From Nitrososphaerales archaeon (GTDB lineage: Archaea; Thermoproteota; Nitrososphaeria; Nitrososphaerales; Gagatemarchaeaceae): 64,000 bases of DNA. The position numbers and the translations under genes were made by a program. Numbering within the stretch: position 1 is the first letter of the stretch; each line of letters opens with the position of its first letter. Shown here piece after piece: positions 27,868-37,192 of this stretch. The stretch is from NCBI GenBank assembly GCA_035516335.1, contig DATJAJ010000068.1, forward strand, positions 20,157-84,156, given 5' to 3'. The notes under the pieces were generated by a model. That model saw only the letters and a list, made by a program, of their open reading frames with translations, was not told where the DNA came from and searched no databases.

Positions 27868-28155
27868 CTATTCTGGCTGGGTCTTAGGAGCCGCGTCCTC
27901 CAGTATCTCGCCCATCGCGTAGTTTGGGCGAACCTGGGACACCTTGATGCGCTTCTTCTCTCCCTGCTTCGCGTTCGGGATGAATATCACGTAGCCCTGC
28001 ACTCGGGCCACCCCGTCCCCCTTCCTGCTGACTTCGGAGATCTCCACGTCGATCTCGTCCCCTATCTTCACCGGCTTCGGCTCGAAGTACGACCTCGGGA
28101 ACCGCTTGAGTCCCGAGCCGGCCGGTTCTTCCCCGCCAGTCTCCTCGCCACTCAT
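27868..28155 (-). CDS. TRAM domain-containing protein
   Basis: PVKIGDEIDVEISEVSRKGDGVARVQGYVIFIPNAKQGEKKRIKV is a TRAM OB-fold. I place the start at ATG 28155 (MSGEETGG), because TTTTAA on the minus strand near 28185 sits about 30 nt upstream. The longer 118-aa ORF start is less likely. Confidence 0.75.
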   Translation of the reverse strand: MSGEETGGEEPAGSGLKRFPRSYFEPKPVKIGDEIDVEISEVSRKGDGVARVQGYVIFIPNAKQGEKKRIKVSQVRPNYAMGEILEDAAPKTQPE

Positions 28156-28248
28156 CGTGCTGATTCGGAATAGGTCCGCGCGGGGGTTAAAACAGTTTCG
28201 AGAACCGGAGGGCTTTGTCTGCAATTACGAAGCATCGCCGTTTCGGAC

Positions 28249-29739
28249 TTGGGACGGGTCCACCTCGGACACGGAGGGGCCGCGAAAGATCGCCCGGCTC
28301 CCCCTGTGGCTGCGCTGGGAGCTGACGAAGTGTTTGCCGAGGCCGGCGCCTCTTTCGATGCCGTTAAATCCAAATCAGGGAAAGCCGTCCCCTTGCAGAC
28401 GGGCTCCGACGTCTCGGAAAGGCTTGACAAGGCTTCTGTCTCCTGGTTCCACCGGCGGCTGCTCGTCGTCTGCGGCTTCGGATACTTCTTTGACCTGATG
28501 GACCTTCAGATCATCGCGGCGGCGATCCCGGCCATAGCCGCGGCCTGGAAGCTCACTTCGGTCGAGAGCGGAATCATCCTCAGCACCAGCTACCTGGGGC
28601 TCTTCATCGGGTCCCTAGGCGCAGGCGTTCTGGCAGACTACCTCGGAAGGAAGAAGGTCTTCCAGATAACGCTCCTCCTCTTCGCCCTGCTTACGGGCCT
28701 TGCGGCATTGAGCCAGAACGTGGTGGAGCTGGTCGCGTTCAGGTTCCTCATCGGGCTGGGCCTCGGCGGAGAGCTGCCCGTGGTCGCATCCTTGGTCTCC
28801 GAGTTCATTCCGAAGGACGCCAGGGGCAGGTACCTCAGCTTCCTCAACGGCTTCAACGCCTTTGGGGCCCTCGCGGCGGCATTCATCGGCGTGGCGGTGG
28901 TCCCCTACAAGTTCGGGGCCGTTTCGGGCTGGCAGATCTCCTTCCTGATCGGCGCGGTCCCCGCCCTCTACATCTGGTTCGTCCGCAGGGGGATTCCCGA
29001 GTCTCCGCGCTGGCTGAAGTCGCGCGGGATGATGGCCGAGGCCGAGCAGGTGCTCGCGAAGGTAACCGGCTCTTCTGCCACACCGACCGCCGACTCAGGA
29101 GGCTCCTCGACGCCCTCGGAAGCCCGGAAAGAGTCTCCCTTCCGCAGGCTCTTCGACCGCGACGTCGCGAGGACGACGCTGCTGTGTTTCGTATCCTGGT
29201 TCTGCCTCTCCTGGGTCTTCTACGGCATACTCGTCTGGCTCCCCAGCCTTCTCGTGTCGCAGGGATTCACGCTGCTGCATTCACTCCAGGTGAACCTCTA
29301 CCTCAACCTGTGGGGCATCCCCGGCTTCCTCGCCTCGGCGCTCCTCATAGAGAGGGTGGGCAGAAAGAAGCTCCTCGTGGGATTCATAGCCCTGAGCGCC
29401 GTCAGCATATTCGTGTGGGGGCACTCGAACACCACCCTCGAGCTGCTGGGCGTGGGAGCCCTGACGTACTTCGCCACCGCCGGGATGATGACGGCCAATG
29501 CGTCATACACGGCGGAGCTCTTCCCAACGCCGGCCAGAGGCACAGGCCTCGGCGCGTCGCAGGGCCTGGGCAGGATCTCGGCCTACGTCGGAATAACGTC
29601 GGTGGGTTTCCTGCTGGGAAGCATCGGAGTCAGCGGGCTGTACACGATCTACACCTTGCTCCTGGTGGTGCCTATCATCGCCGTGGCCGCTCTCGGAAAA
29701 GAGTCTAGGGGAAAGTCGCTCGAGGCCATCGCGGCCTAG
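28249..29739 (+). CDS. MFS transporter (sugar-porter/aromatic-acid:H+ symporter-like, 12 TM)
   Basis: 496-aa ORF with DLMDLQIIAAA after TM1, GVLADYLGRKK (motif A) and PESPRWL after TM6. The start is uncertain: TTG at 28249, or the in-frame GTG near 28330. Confidence 0.8.
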   Translation: MGRVHLGHGGAAKDRPAPPVAALGADEVFAEAGASFDAVKSKSGKAVPLQTGSDVSERLDKASVSWFHRRLLVVCGFGYFFDLMDLQIIAAAIPAIAAAWKLTSVESGIILSTSYLGLFIGSLGAGVLADYLGRKKVFQITLLLFALLTGLAALSQNVVELVAFRFLIGLGLGGELPVVASLVSEFIPKDARGRYLSFLNGFNAFGALAAAFIGVAVVPYKFGAVSGWQISFLIGAVPALYIWFVRRGIPESPRWLKSRGMMAEAEQVLAKVTGSSATPTADSGGSSTPSEARKESPFRRLFDRDVARTTLLCFVSWFCLSWVFYGILVWLPSLLVSQGFTLLHSLQVNLYLNLWGIPGFLASALLIERVGRKKLLVGFIALSAVSIFVWGHSNTTLELLGVGALTYFATAGMMTANASYTAELFPTPARGTGLGASQGLGRISAYVGITSVGFLLGSIGVSGLYTIYTLLLVVPIIAVAALGKESRGKSLEAIAA

Positions 29740-29756
29740 TTTCGGGCGGGGTCGCG

Positions 29757-30224
29757 CTAGACCACGGCGCTGCCCGACCCGGGTTCCGCGAGGGAGCGGA
29801 CGTTCCGCTCTACCTCGTCCCTTATCGCTCTGACCTCGTCCAGGGTCTTCCCCTTTGGGTCGTCTATGTGCCATTCCACGAGGTTCTTCTGCATCCTCGC
29901 GAGGATGGGTCTGGGGCAGACGGCCTCGACCGAGCAGCCCATCGTGACAACGACTTCGGCCCGGTCTATCATTTCGAGCGTGAGCAGCTTCGGCGACCTC
30001 GCCGAGATGTCAAGGCCCTTCTCCTTCATCACCTGGACCACCGCTGCGTTCATCGAAGCCGCCGGCACGGTTCCCGCGCTCGCCGCCTCGGCGCCAAGCG
30101 ACAGAGCGAACGCTTCGGCCATCTGACTCCGTCCAGCATTCCCGACGCATACGAAGAGGATTCGAAGGCGACCTCGCGCTGGGGCTGGCAAAACGGCGGA
30201 CCGACCTGCCCATTGCTTCGCCAC
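29757..30224 (-). CDS. arsC: arsenate reductase / low-molecular-weight phosphotyrosine phosphatase family (thioredoxin-coupled ArsC type)
   Basis: P-loop ILFVCVGNAGRSQMAE (CX5R), second Cys pair in TMGCSVEAVCP, and WHIDDP. Only the C-terminal ~155 aa of the 378-aa ORF look protein-like. The candidate GTG start at 30224 is uncertain. Confidence 0.7.
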   Translation of the reverse strand: MAKQWAGRSAVLPAPARGRLRILFVCVGNAGRSQMAEAFALSLGAEAASAGTVPAASMNAAVVQVMKEKGLDISARSPKLLTLEMIDRAEVVVTMGCSVEAVCPRPILARMQKNLVEWHIDDPKGKTLDEVRAIRDEVERNVRSLAEPGSGSAVV

Positions 30225-30268
30225 GTATTTGTTTTCCTCTTCCCCGAAGGACGAAGGCGAGTGGTCGC

Positions 30269-30514
30269 CTAGGGCCTGCCGCCAGCCCTGCCGGAGGGAA
30301 CCGCCGCCACGAGGACCCTCCACATTACAAAGAACTCCGACGCCAGTATGATCACGAGGACGTAGATGGCGTTGTCGCCGAAGTAGCTGGGCAGATGGGG
30401 GCGAATGAGATAGTCGACCGAGGCGAAGGCGACCACCAGCAGGCAGGCGACGACCCCGACCCAGACGCGTTCCCCGATGCCGGGCCTCACGCACGTCGAT
30501 GTGCGGCCCGGCAT
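30269..30514 (-). CDS. small 2-TM membrane protein (hypothetical)
   Basis: The C-terminal part of the 117-aa ORF (from ATG 30514) contains two hydrophobic helices. It sits between the divergent trmI and arsC-like genes. Weak call. Confidence 0.3.
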   Translation of the reverse strand: MPGRTSTCVRPGIGERVWVGVVACLLVVAFASVDYLIRPHLPSYFGDNAIYVLVIILASEFFVMWRVLVAAVPSGRAGGRP

Positions 30515-30608
30515 TAAAACACCTGGCGGAGTCGCCGGCGGTCGTGAAAGAGGCGCCGCCCTCGTTCGAGGGACTGCATATAAGTCCAGACGGCAGGGGC
30601 GGGACCGA

Positions 30609-31433
30609 ATGGAAACCATCACGCCCGAGTCCTACATTCTTGTTTACCGGGACCGGAGGAGGAAGTGGATCATTCGCCCCAAGGACACCCCCAAGCTGCA
30701 CACGCACCTGGGAATCCTCGACGTTGGAGCGCTCGTAGGGGGGTCCTACGGCAGGACGGCCACGACCACCCTGGGTGACACGCTCACAATTCTCAAGCCG
30801 ACCATCGAGGACCTTACCATGAAGCTGGCCAGGCGGACGCAGGTGATCTATCCGAAGGACCTGGGGCTCATCGCCCTGAAGCTGGGGATTCACTCGGGCT
30901 CCCGCGTGGTCGAGACGGGCACGGGCAGCGGGTCCACGACGGCGATGCTAGCGTACCTCGTCCAGCCCGGGGGGATGGTCTACACCTATGAAATCAACCC
31001 AGAGTTCCAGGAGACAGCGAAGAAGAACATCGAGAAGCTCGGGTTCGGAGACTACGTGAAGTTCGTTGCCGGCGACGCCAAGAACGGGTTCGAGGAGACC
31101 GAGATGGACGCCGGCGTCCTAGACGTCGGAGACCCCTGGGATGTAATACCCAGCATGAAGAAGAGCCTGAAGCCGTCCGCGCCCATGGTCGCCATAACCC
31201 CCACCACAAACCAGGCAGAGCGGCTGGTCCAGAAGATGAAGGACGAGGGCTTCGCGGCCATCGAGGCTCTCGAGATAATGATGCGGCACCTCGAGGCCCG
31301 GGTGGGGATGACCAGACCTTCGAACATCATGATAGGGCACACCGCCTACCTCGTCTTCGGGAGAACGACGGCATCGGAGACGCCCCCAGCCGGAGACGAG
31401 CCCGAAGAAGTGCCGGCAGAAGAGGCCGAGTGA
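30609..31433 (+). CDS. trmI: tRNA (adenine-N1)-methyltransferase, TrmI/GCD14 family
   Basis: From ATG 30609 (METITPESY): RRTQVIYPKDLGLI, SAM motif VVETGTGSGSTTAMLA, and VLDVGDPWD. The upstream 44 codons of the ORF look non-coding. Confidence 0.8.
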   Translation: METITPESYILVYRDRRRKWIIRPKDTPKLHTHLGILDVGALVGGSYGRTATTTLGDTLTILKPTIEDLTMKLARRTQVIYPKDLGLIALKLGIHSGSRVVETGTGSGSTTAMLAYLVQPGGMVYTYEINPEFQETAKKNIEKLGFGDYVKFVAGDAKNGFEETEMDAGVLDVGDPWDVIPSMKKSLKPSAPMVAITPTTNQAERLVQKMKDEGFAAIEALEIMMRHLEARVGMTRPSNIMIGHTAYLVFGRTTASETPPAGDEPEEVPAEEAE

Positions 31434-31534
31434 CCGCCCGTGAGAGACCGGAGCGCTCTCCTTCCTCGGCCAATATTGATAAGACACCGCCGGTTCGGCG
31501 AGCGCAATCCTGACTTGGAAGGCGAGTCGATGAA

Positions 31535-31945
31535 TTGAGAGCGATGATTGCCGCCGGTCTGGTGTTCCTCCTGGTAGGGGTCTTCCTGACCGCGTTCGGC
31601 GCCGTCTACTCCACCAGCACGGACATCGCGCTTGTGGGAGATTGCGGTCCCGGATGCGGCGAGACGTTCGGGGCGACAGTAGTGACGGCCTACTACCTGT
31701 ACCCCATCTGGGGTCCTCCAACCTGGAACAGCGCCAACTATCAGCTCACGAGTTGCAGCATCCGAGCGTGGTACACCCCGCTCAACCCGCCGTCTTCTTG
31801 CGTCCCGCAGCCCGACTCCAGCACGCCGAACTACATCCTGAACGCGGTCGGAGCGATCTGGATGGTCGGAGGAGTCGCGTTCCTCCTGAAGGGCCGGAGC
31901 AGGCCGCCGGTCCCCGCGGTTCCTCAGCCCGCCCAGGCCGACTAG
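31535..31945 (+). CDS. membrane protein with N- and C-terminal TM helices, unknown function
   Basis: 136 aa with TM helices at both ends and a Cys-containing middle segment. No family recognised. Confidence 0.45.
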   Translation: MRAMIAAGLVFLLVGVFLTAFGAVYSTSTDIALVGDCGPGCGETFGATVVTAYYLYPIWGPPTWNSANYQLTSCSIRAWYTPLNPPSSCVPQPDSSTPNYILNAVGAIWMVGGVAFLLKGRSRPPVPAVPQPAQAD

Positions 31946-32011
31946 CCGCCCTTTTCAGAGCGTTAGGCTGTAGGTGTAAATAGCCGCGAGGGGCCTTGCG
32001 GGAAGTTCATC

Positions 32012-33349
32012 TTGAGCAAACCTGTCATGTTCGACAAGAAGAAGTGGGACACGGCCCGGGGCCTTGACTATAGCGTCCCCGGCGACGTGGTCTTCAAGAC
32101 GAAGTACGTGCACCACGAGTTCCCGCCGCTCTTCAAGAATACCAAGCTGATCTCCTCCTGCAACCTTGACGACAGGGGCGACGCGGTCCAGCTCGTCAAG
32201 CAGGGGCACTACGTCTACATCTGCCACGGCCCCAGCAGCGGCTTCAGCGTGGTGGACGTCAAGGACCCTGCCGACCCGCAGGTGGTGAACTACATCCCCA
32301 CCGACAGCCCGCACGTGCAGAGCATAAAGTGCAGGGTGATGGGGAACATCCTCGTGGTCGCAAACGATTGGAAGTTCTTCGAGCCGGAGCGATATCAGGT
32401 CCACACCGAGTACAAGAACTGGCACGCGCGCGGCTCCAACGAGCCCATCGAGAGCGGCGTCAAGATATACGACATCTCGAAGCCGGCCGAGCCCAGGCTG
32501 CTTTCGTTCTACAAGACCGGGCAGTGGAGCCCGGAGGGCGGCGGCAACTACTGTCACCGCTTCTGGTTCGACGGGCACTACGCGTACCTCTCGGCGGAGA
32601 TGCCTGGCTACCTGGGCGGCATAATGGTGAACGTCGACGTCTCGGACCCGAAGAACCCGAAGGAGGTGTCGCGCTTCTGGCTCAAGGGCCAGTGGATAGC
32701 CGGCGGCGAAAGGCCTTGGTGGCCCACGGACATGTTCCCCGGCTGCCAGCTCCACCACGCGATCGTGCAGGGGAACAGGGCCTACGCGGCCTGGTTCTCC
32801 ATGGGAGGCACCATCCTCGACATCTCCAACATACGGGCGCCCACCATGGTCTCGGAGTTCAACTGGGACTTCGGGGGCCAGAACCACACGTTCCTGCCGC
32901 TGAAGGAGAGGCAGTTCGCCGCTTTCGTGAGCGAATACCACCACGCGTACATGATGGACATAGGCGACGAGAAGCACCCGAAGGTGATTGCCACCTTCCC
33001 GCTCCCCCCGAAGGAGCTTGCGGACAGGGGCGTGACCGTCCCCTGGGGACCCGGGCCGCACAACCTTCACGAGAACACGCCGGGCGAGGACTCGTACCGG
33101 TCCGACGACAGGCTCTACATGACCGCCCAGTGCGGCGGCCTCCGCATATTCGACGTCTCCGACCCCTACCGGCCCACCGAGACCGGCTACTACGTGCCGG
33201 GTACGCCCAAGGTGTACTACACACCGTACGGACCCGAGGCGGGCCACGGCATGGGGGTCGACGTGCAGGACGTGTACGTCGACAGGAAGGGTCTGATCTA
33301 CATCTCCCTGCGGAACGGCGGCCTTGAAATCCTTGAATACACAGGCTAG
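32012..33349 (+). CDS. LVIVD-repeat beta-propeller protein (no signal peptide)
   Basis: 445 aa with recurring strands of the LVIVD type: FSVVDVKDPADPQVV, VKIYDISKPAEPRLL, MVNVDVSDPKNPKEV, GTILDISNIRAPTMV, LRIFDVSDPYRPTET. Confidence 0.7.
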   Translation: MSKPVMFDKKKWDTARGLDYSVPGDVVFKTKYVHHEFPPLFKNTKLISSCNLDDRGDAVQLVKQGHYVYICHGPSSGFSVVDVKDPADPQVVNYIPTDSPHVQSIKCRVMGNILVVANDWKFFEPERYQVHTEYKNWHARGSNEPIESGVKIYDISKPAEPRLLSFYKTGQWSPEGGGNYCHRFWFDGHYAYLSAEMPGYLGGIMVNVDVSDPKNPKEVSRFWLKGQWIAGGERPWWPTDMFPGCQLHHAIVQGNRAYAAWFSMGGTILDISNIRAPTMVSEFNWDFGGQNHTFLPLKERQFAAFVSEYHHAYMMDIGDEKHPKVIATFPLPPKELADRGVTVPWGPGPHNLHENTPGEDSYRSDDRLYMTAQCGGLRIFDVSDPYRPTETGYYVPGTPKVYYTPYGPEAGHGMGVDVQDVYVDRKGLIYISLRNGGLEILEYTG

Positions 33350-33381
33350 GCTTTCGTGAGGCCGGCCGGAGTTAGTGGCAC

Positions 33382-34137
33382 GTGGACCTCAAGGGAAAGG
33401 TAGTCGTTGTAACGGGCGGAGCCCGCGGCATAGGCCGGGAGATCTGCCTGGGAGCAGCGGCCGAAGGCGCCAGGGTGGTGGCCGCAGACATCAACCTCGC
33501 GGGAGCCGAAGCGACCTGCAGGCAGGTGCAGAAGACGGGGCAGCAAGGGCTCGCGCTGCAGGTGGACGTCTCGTCGGAGAGGGACGCGAAGGCGATGGCT
33601 GACGCCGCGATTCAGAAGTTCGGCAGGATAGACGCGCTGGTGAACAACGCTGCCTACTTCTACGGACTGAAGATGCAGCCCTTTTCCGACGTCGACCCGG
33701 ACGAGTGGGACCGCGTGATGGCGGTCAACGTGAAGGGTACCTGGCAGTGCACGAAGGCGGTGTTCCCGTACATGAAGAAGGAGGGCAAGGGAAAGGTCGT
33801 GAACATCTCGTCAAGCACGTTCTTCGATGGCATCGTCGGATTCCCGCACTACGTCGCCTCGAAGGGGGCGATAATCGCGCTCACGAGGGCCCTGGCGAAG
33901 GAGCTGGGCGAGTTCCACGTCAACGTCAACTCGGTCGCGCCCGGCTACACGGACACCGAGGCGCAGTTCACCATGCACGCGCCCGAGTTCTCCAACGTCA
34001 TCGCCAAGGACAGGGCGATCAAGCGGCCAGAGGTGCCGCAGGACGTGGTGGGAGCGGTCGTCTTCCTGTGCTCCGACCAGAGCGACTTCATCACAGGCCA
34101 GACCGTCCTCGTTGACGGCGGGCTGAGCCTGCACTGA
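33382..34137 (+). CDS. SDR-family oxidoreductase (FabG-like)
   Basis: 251 aa with TGGARGIGREI (TGxxxGxG), NNAA, and the catalytic YVASKGA (YxxxK). Confidence 0.9.
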   Translation: MDLKGKVVVVTGGARGIGREICLGAAAEGARVVAADINLAGAEATCRQVQKTGQQGLALQVDVSSERDAKAMADAAIQKFGRIDALVNNAAYFYGLKMQPFSDVDPDEWDRVMAVNVKGTWQCTKAVFPYMKKEGKGKVVNISSSTFFDGIVGFPHYVASKGAIIALTRALAKELGEFHVNVNSVAPGYTDTEAQFTMHAPEFSNVIAKDRAIKRPEVPQDVVGAVVFLCSDQSDFITGQTVLVDGGLSLH

Positions 34138-34162
34138 GCTCGCCGGACGCCGCGCAGGGCGC

Positions 34163-34567
34163 CTAGAACGCTTCGCTGGCGTTGGGCATCTCTGGGGTTA
34201 TCTGCTGGCTGACGTCCCAATACTCGACTATCTTGTCGCCCTTGAAACGGAAGATGTGGACCTGCCTGACTCCGCCCTCCCTGGGCTTTCGCTTTGAGTT
34301 GAGCAGCTCCGTGTGGACCGCGACAAGGTCACCGTCGCTCAGCACGTTCGCCACCCTGAACTCGGAGTCCCCGAACTGCGAGGTCCCCTCGCCGAAAGCG
34401 GTGGCCATCACCTTGAGCAGGGCGGCCATGCCCCCGTGCACGAAGGGGTTGTGCTGCCTGCAGTTGGGAGAGAAGAAGCGCAGCGCCTCCTTCATCTTGC
34501 CGTCGCCAACCATCCTGAAGAACTCCGTCGCTACCTTCACGTGATCGGAACTCGACTTCTGTGGCAT
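34163..34567 (-). CDS. SnoaL-like / NTF2-fold protein
   Basis: 134 aa. The length and the pattern ...FFSPNCRQHNP...DGDLVAVHTEL...HIFRFKGDKIVEYWDV are typical of SnoaL-like cone-shaped alpha+beta proteins. Confidence 0.6.
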   Translation of the reverse strand: MPQKSSSDHVKVATEFFRMVGDGKMKEALRFFSPNCRQHNPFVHGGMAALLKVMATAFGEGTSQFGDSEFRVANVLSDGDLVAVHTELLNSKRKPREGGVRQVHIFRFKGDKIVEYWDVSQQITPEMPNASEAF

Positions 34568-34597
34568 CCGACGTCGTCCTGGCGTGCCCGGAATCGG

Positions 34598-36031
34598 CTA
34601 ATGAATGTGCCGCCGGGACCTTACGGAACGCCGAACGCCCCCATCAAGCTGGCTTCCGCGCGGGAGTTTGGCATCAGGGCCGGCACCTGCAAGGACGCCC
34701 CATGCAGTCGGCCTATCTGTCAGCGGCCGACCGAATCCTGACAACCCCGCTCCCCGCCCGGGCTTCCGGAAGAACACGGGCAGGCACACCGAAGAGGCAA
34801 GGTAGCATGCGACCCCCGCCGCGAAGGGAAGCGCCAGGAGCCCGAGGCCCAGGAGGTCCCCTCCCAAGAAGGTACCCGCGAACACGCCGATGCCCCAGGC
34901 CGTGTACGCGAATCCAACCATCTTTGCCCGCGAGCTGTCGTCGACGGTGCTCATCATGTAGGACTGAAGCGTAGCCCAGGACACGCCATAGGCCACACTC
35001 CGAACTGCGAAGAGAATCGCTGCGGTCTCAAAGCTGCCCGTCAGGGACATCAGGGCCAGCAGGCAGGCTGCGACAACGCCGCCCGCCGCCGCGGTCATCA
35101 TGACGCCTCGCGTCCTCAATATCCACGGGATCAGCGGGATTGACAGAAGCGTCCCGAGGTTCGACACGGCCATCCAAAGGCCGATGGAATTCTCCGACGC
35201 CCCGTATTCGAGTGCGTACCAGGTGGGGAGAAGCTGCACGAGCACTCCCAGTCCGAGCCCCAGTAGCAGAAAGACTGCCGAGAACTTCATGATGTTCGTC
35301 CAGGCAGCGGAGAGCCCTGTCCTGCCGGGACTGCCGGGCGCGAGCCCGAGGTGGCTCGCCGACCTGGTTTCGGAACTCGGGCCGTCGTTTCTGTCCGGTT
35401 CGCGGGATTCGTTGTGCTCGCTTCTCTGTTTCAGGAAGAGCAGAGGCACGACGGAGAGAACCACCAGGCCGGACATGACGAAGTAGGATTCGGAGTGCGC
35501 GACGGCATCGCTCAGGCCCAGGCTCGACTTCAGCACACCGGGGAGGAGGCTGAGGAGAGAGCCTACTGTGAAGGCCACCGCCCAGGAACCCTGGAGGAGA
35601 GCGAAGAGAGACGGCCGCCTGCTGTCGGGGGCGGAGTTCGCGAGCATCGGGATGAGGGTCGGCGTGGCGAGGGCCGACGCCAGTCCTCCCGCGAAACCCA
35701 CCCCTCCGATCACGCTGGCGATTGTCAGCCAGGCAGGGTTGAGCGTGAGGCCGAATATCGCGTACGAAACGCATGGGATCAGCGTCCCGGCGACCAGGAT
35801 GGGCCTGCGGCTGTACCTGTCTGCCAGGATTCCGAAAGGTATCAGGCCGACAGAGATGGCTACGGCGCTGACCGAGTAGATGAACCCTATGACAGCGGGG
35901 TCGTAGCCTATCTGAGCCAGATATACCAGGGGCACGACGTTGATGAAGCCAACCGGGATCGTGTTCAGGAAGGTGGAAGAGAGCAGGCAGGCTGCATCGC
36001 GCGTCAGGACGCCCCTACCCTTCTCCCCCAT
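34598..36031 (-). CDS. MFS transporter
   Basis: 477 aa with 12 helices split by a central hydrophilic loop, and ILADRYSRRPIL (motif A-like). Confidence 0.8.
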   Translation of the reverse strand: MGEKGRGVLTRDAACLLSSTFLNTIPVGFINVVPLVYLAQIGYDPAVIGFIYSVSAVAISVGLIPFGILADRYSRRPILVAGTLIPCVSYAIFGLTLNPAWLTIASVIGGVGFAGGLASALATPTLIPMLANSAPDSRRPSLFALLQGSWAVAFTVGSLLSLLPGVLKSSLGLSDAVAHSESYFVMSGLVVLSVVPLLFLKQRSEHNESREPDRNDGPSSETRSASHLGLAPGSPGRTGLSAAWTNIMKFSAVFLLLGLGLGVLVQLLPTWYALEYGASENSIGLWMAVSNLGTLLSIPLIPWILRTRGVMMTAAAGGVVAACLLALMSLTGSFETAAILFAVRSVAYGVSWATLQSYMMSTVDDSSRAKMVGFAYTAWGIGVFAGTFLGGDLLGLGLLALPFAAGVACYLASSVCLPVFFRKPGRGAGLSGFGRPLTDRPTAWGVLAGAGPDAKLPRGSQLDGGVRRSVRSRRHIH

Positions 36032-36092
36032 GGCGTCGCGGGAGAAACCCGAACCGACTTATCGCTTTCGAAGTGCTCGGCTTCGAGGCCCC

Positions 36093-36290
36093 CTAGCGCG
36101 TTATGAGCGAACGGGCCAGGAGCACAAAAGCCACGGCCAGGACCACCACGAACGCGCCCAGCACGTATTCTATGGGGAGCGATGCTGCGGCCCCCAGTCC
36201 CAAGGTCAGGAGAGCAACCAGGAACACGATGAGCACCGGCACCACGTCCACGTTCCTTTTGGTCCGTACCGACTTCTTCCTCTTTGCCAA
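36093..36290 (-). CDS. small membrane protein (hypothetical)
   Basis: 65 aa with a basic N-terminus (KRKKSVRTKR) followed by two helices. Confidence 0.35.
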   Translation of the reverse strand: MAKRKKSVRTKRNVDVVPVLIVFLVALLTLGLGAAASLPIEYVLGAFVVVLAVAFVLLARSLITR

Positions 36291-36433
36291 CCTGTCAAGC
36301 CAGGAGACCGTGCCTGATTAACCTCTGCCTCTGTCTCGTCGCCGTCGGCGTCCTCGCGTGAAGTCCAGCCCTGATGGCGGGCCCGGTTGGCCGACCATCG
36401 CCCGGAACCGCTGGCCGAACGGCCTTCCAGCGG

Positions 36434-37192
36434 TCAGGGCTTGACGCTGGCGCCCGCCTGTGCGGAGGGCTGCGCGGGGGCTTCCTCGACACGGCCGACC
36501 GGAGACAACGACATCACCGCGAGATAGAGGAAATACGCGGCCAAAGGTATGAAGACCTCAGAGACGAGACTACCGAAGTCCTGCACGGTCTGGCTGAAAG
36601 GGATGAACGGTATCCACGCCGTGAAGAAGAGCACCATGCAGATGATCGTCAGACCCAGCATTCTCACGAATCTCCGCAGCGACCTCTCGGGAGTCCTCCG
36701 AGCCCCCACCACCAGAGCGGCTGCGGAGTAGGTGAGGGACACTCCTGCTATTATGAACCAAAGCACCTCGCCCGTCAAGCTGATGGCTGCAACCGTTGAC
36801 CCGATGATCAAGATGAGCAATGCGCCAATCCCCGTATATCCCAAGATAATTCCGTACAGGGGCTTCCTCAGACGTTGCCAGCCCAGGGGACTCCTGTGAA
36901 AGAAGTCGGTCTCCTGCGCAACTCTGATGCTGCTGTCGACGAAGGCGAAGAGGATCAACAGTATCAAGAAGAACGCCGAGATGCCCAAGGGGTTGGACGC
37001 AGGCAGCGTCGTAGCGTACTCGAAGAGGATGAGCGCAAACGCAGTCCCGCCCGTCCAGAGAGCGCGATTCCTGTACGCGCCCTTGACCAGGACCCTCGCT
37101 ATCGTGAACGCCCTGTACGTCGCGAAGAGGAAGATGGCCAGGCCCAAGAGGTAGATCGGGTACTGCGCCTCGTTGATTATTTCATCTAACAT
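36434..37192 (-). CDS. 7-TM integral membrane protein, unknown function
   Basis: 252 aa with about 7 helices. Its ATG overlaps the upstream KaiC-like gene stop by 11 nt. Confidence 0.55.
   Translation of the reverse strand: MLDEIINEAQYPIYLLGLAIFLFATYRAFTIARVLVKGAYRNRALWTGGTAFALILFEYATTLPASNPLGISAFFLILLILFAFVDSSIRVAQETDFFHRSPLGWQRLRKPLYGIILGYTGIGALLILIIGSTVAAISLTGEVLWFIIAGVSLTYSAAALVVGARRTPERSLRRFVRMLGLTIICMVLFFTAWIPFIPFSQTVQDFGSLVSEVFIPLAAYFLYLAVMSLSPVGRVEEAPAQPSAQAGASVKP

Noticed and set aside
30225-30893. N-terminal ~220 codons of the 378-aa ORF 29757..30893
   Set aside because: They are antisense to trmI and low complexity. The ArsC/LMW-PTP homology begins only near residue 240.
31955-33327. 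430-aa antisense and 332-aa alternate-frame ORFs over the LVIVD gene
   Set aside because: High-GC artefacts. The LVIVD frame shows the repeat pattern and normal composition.
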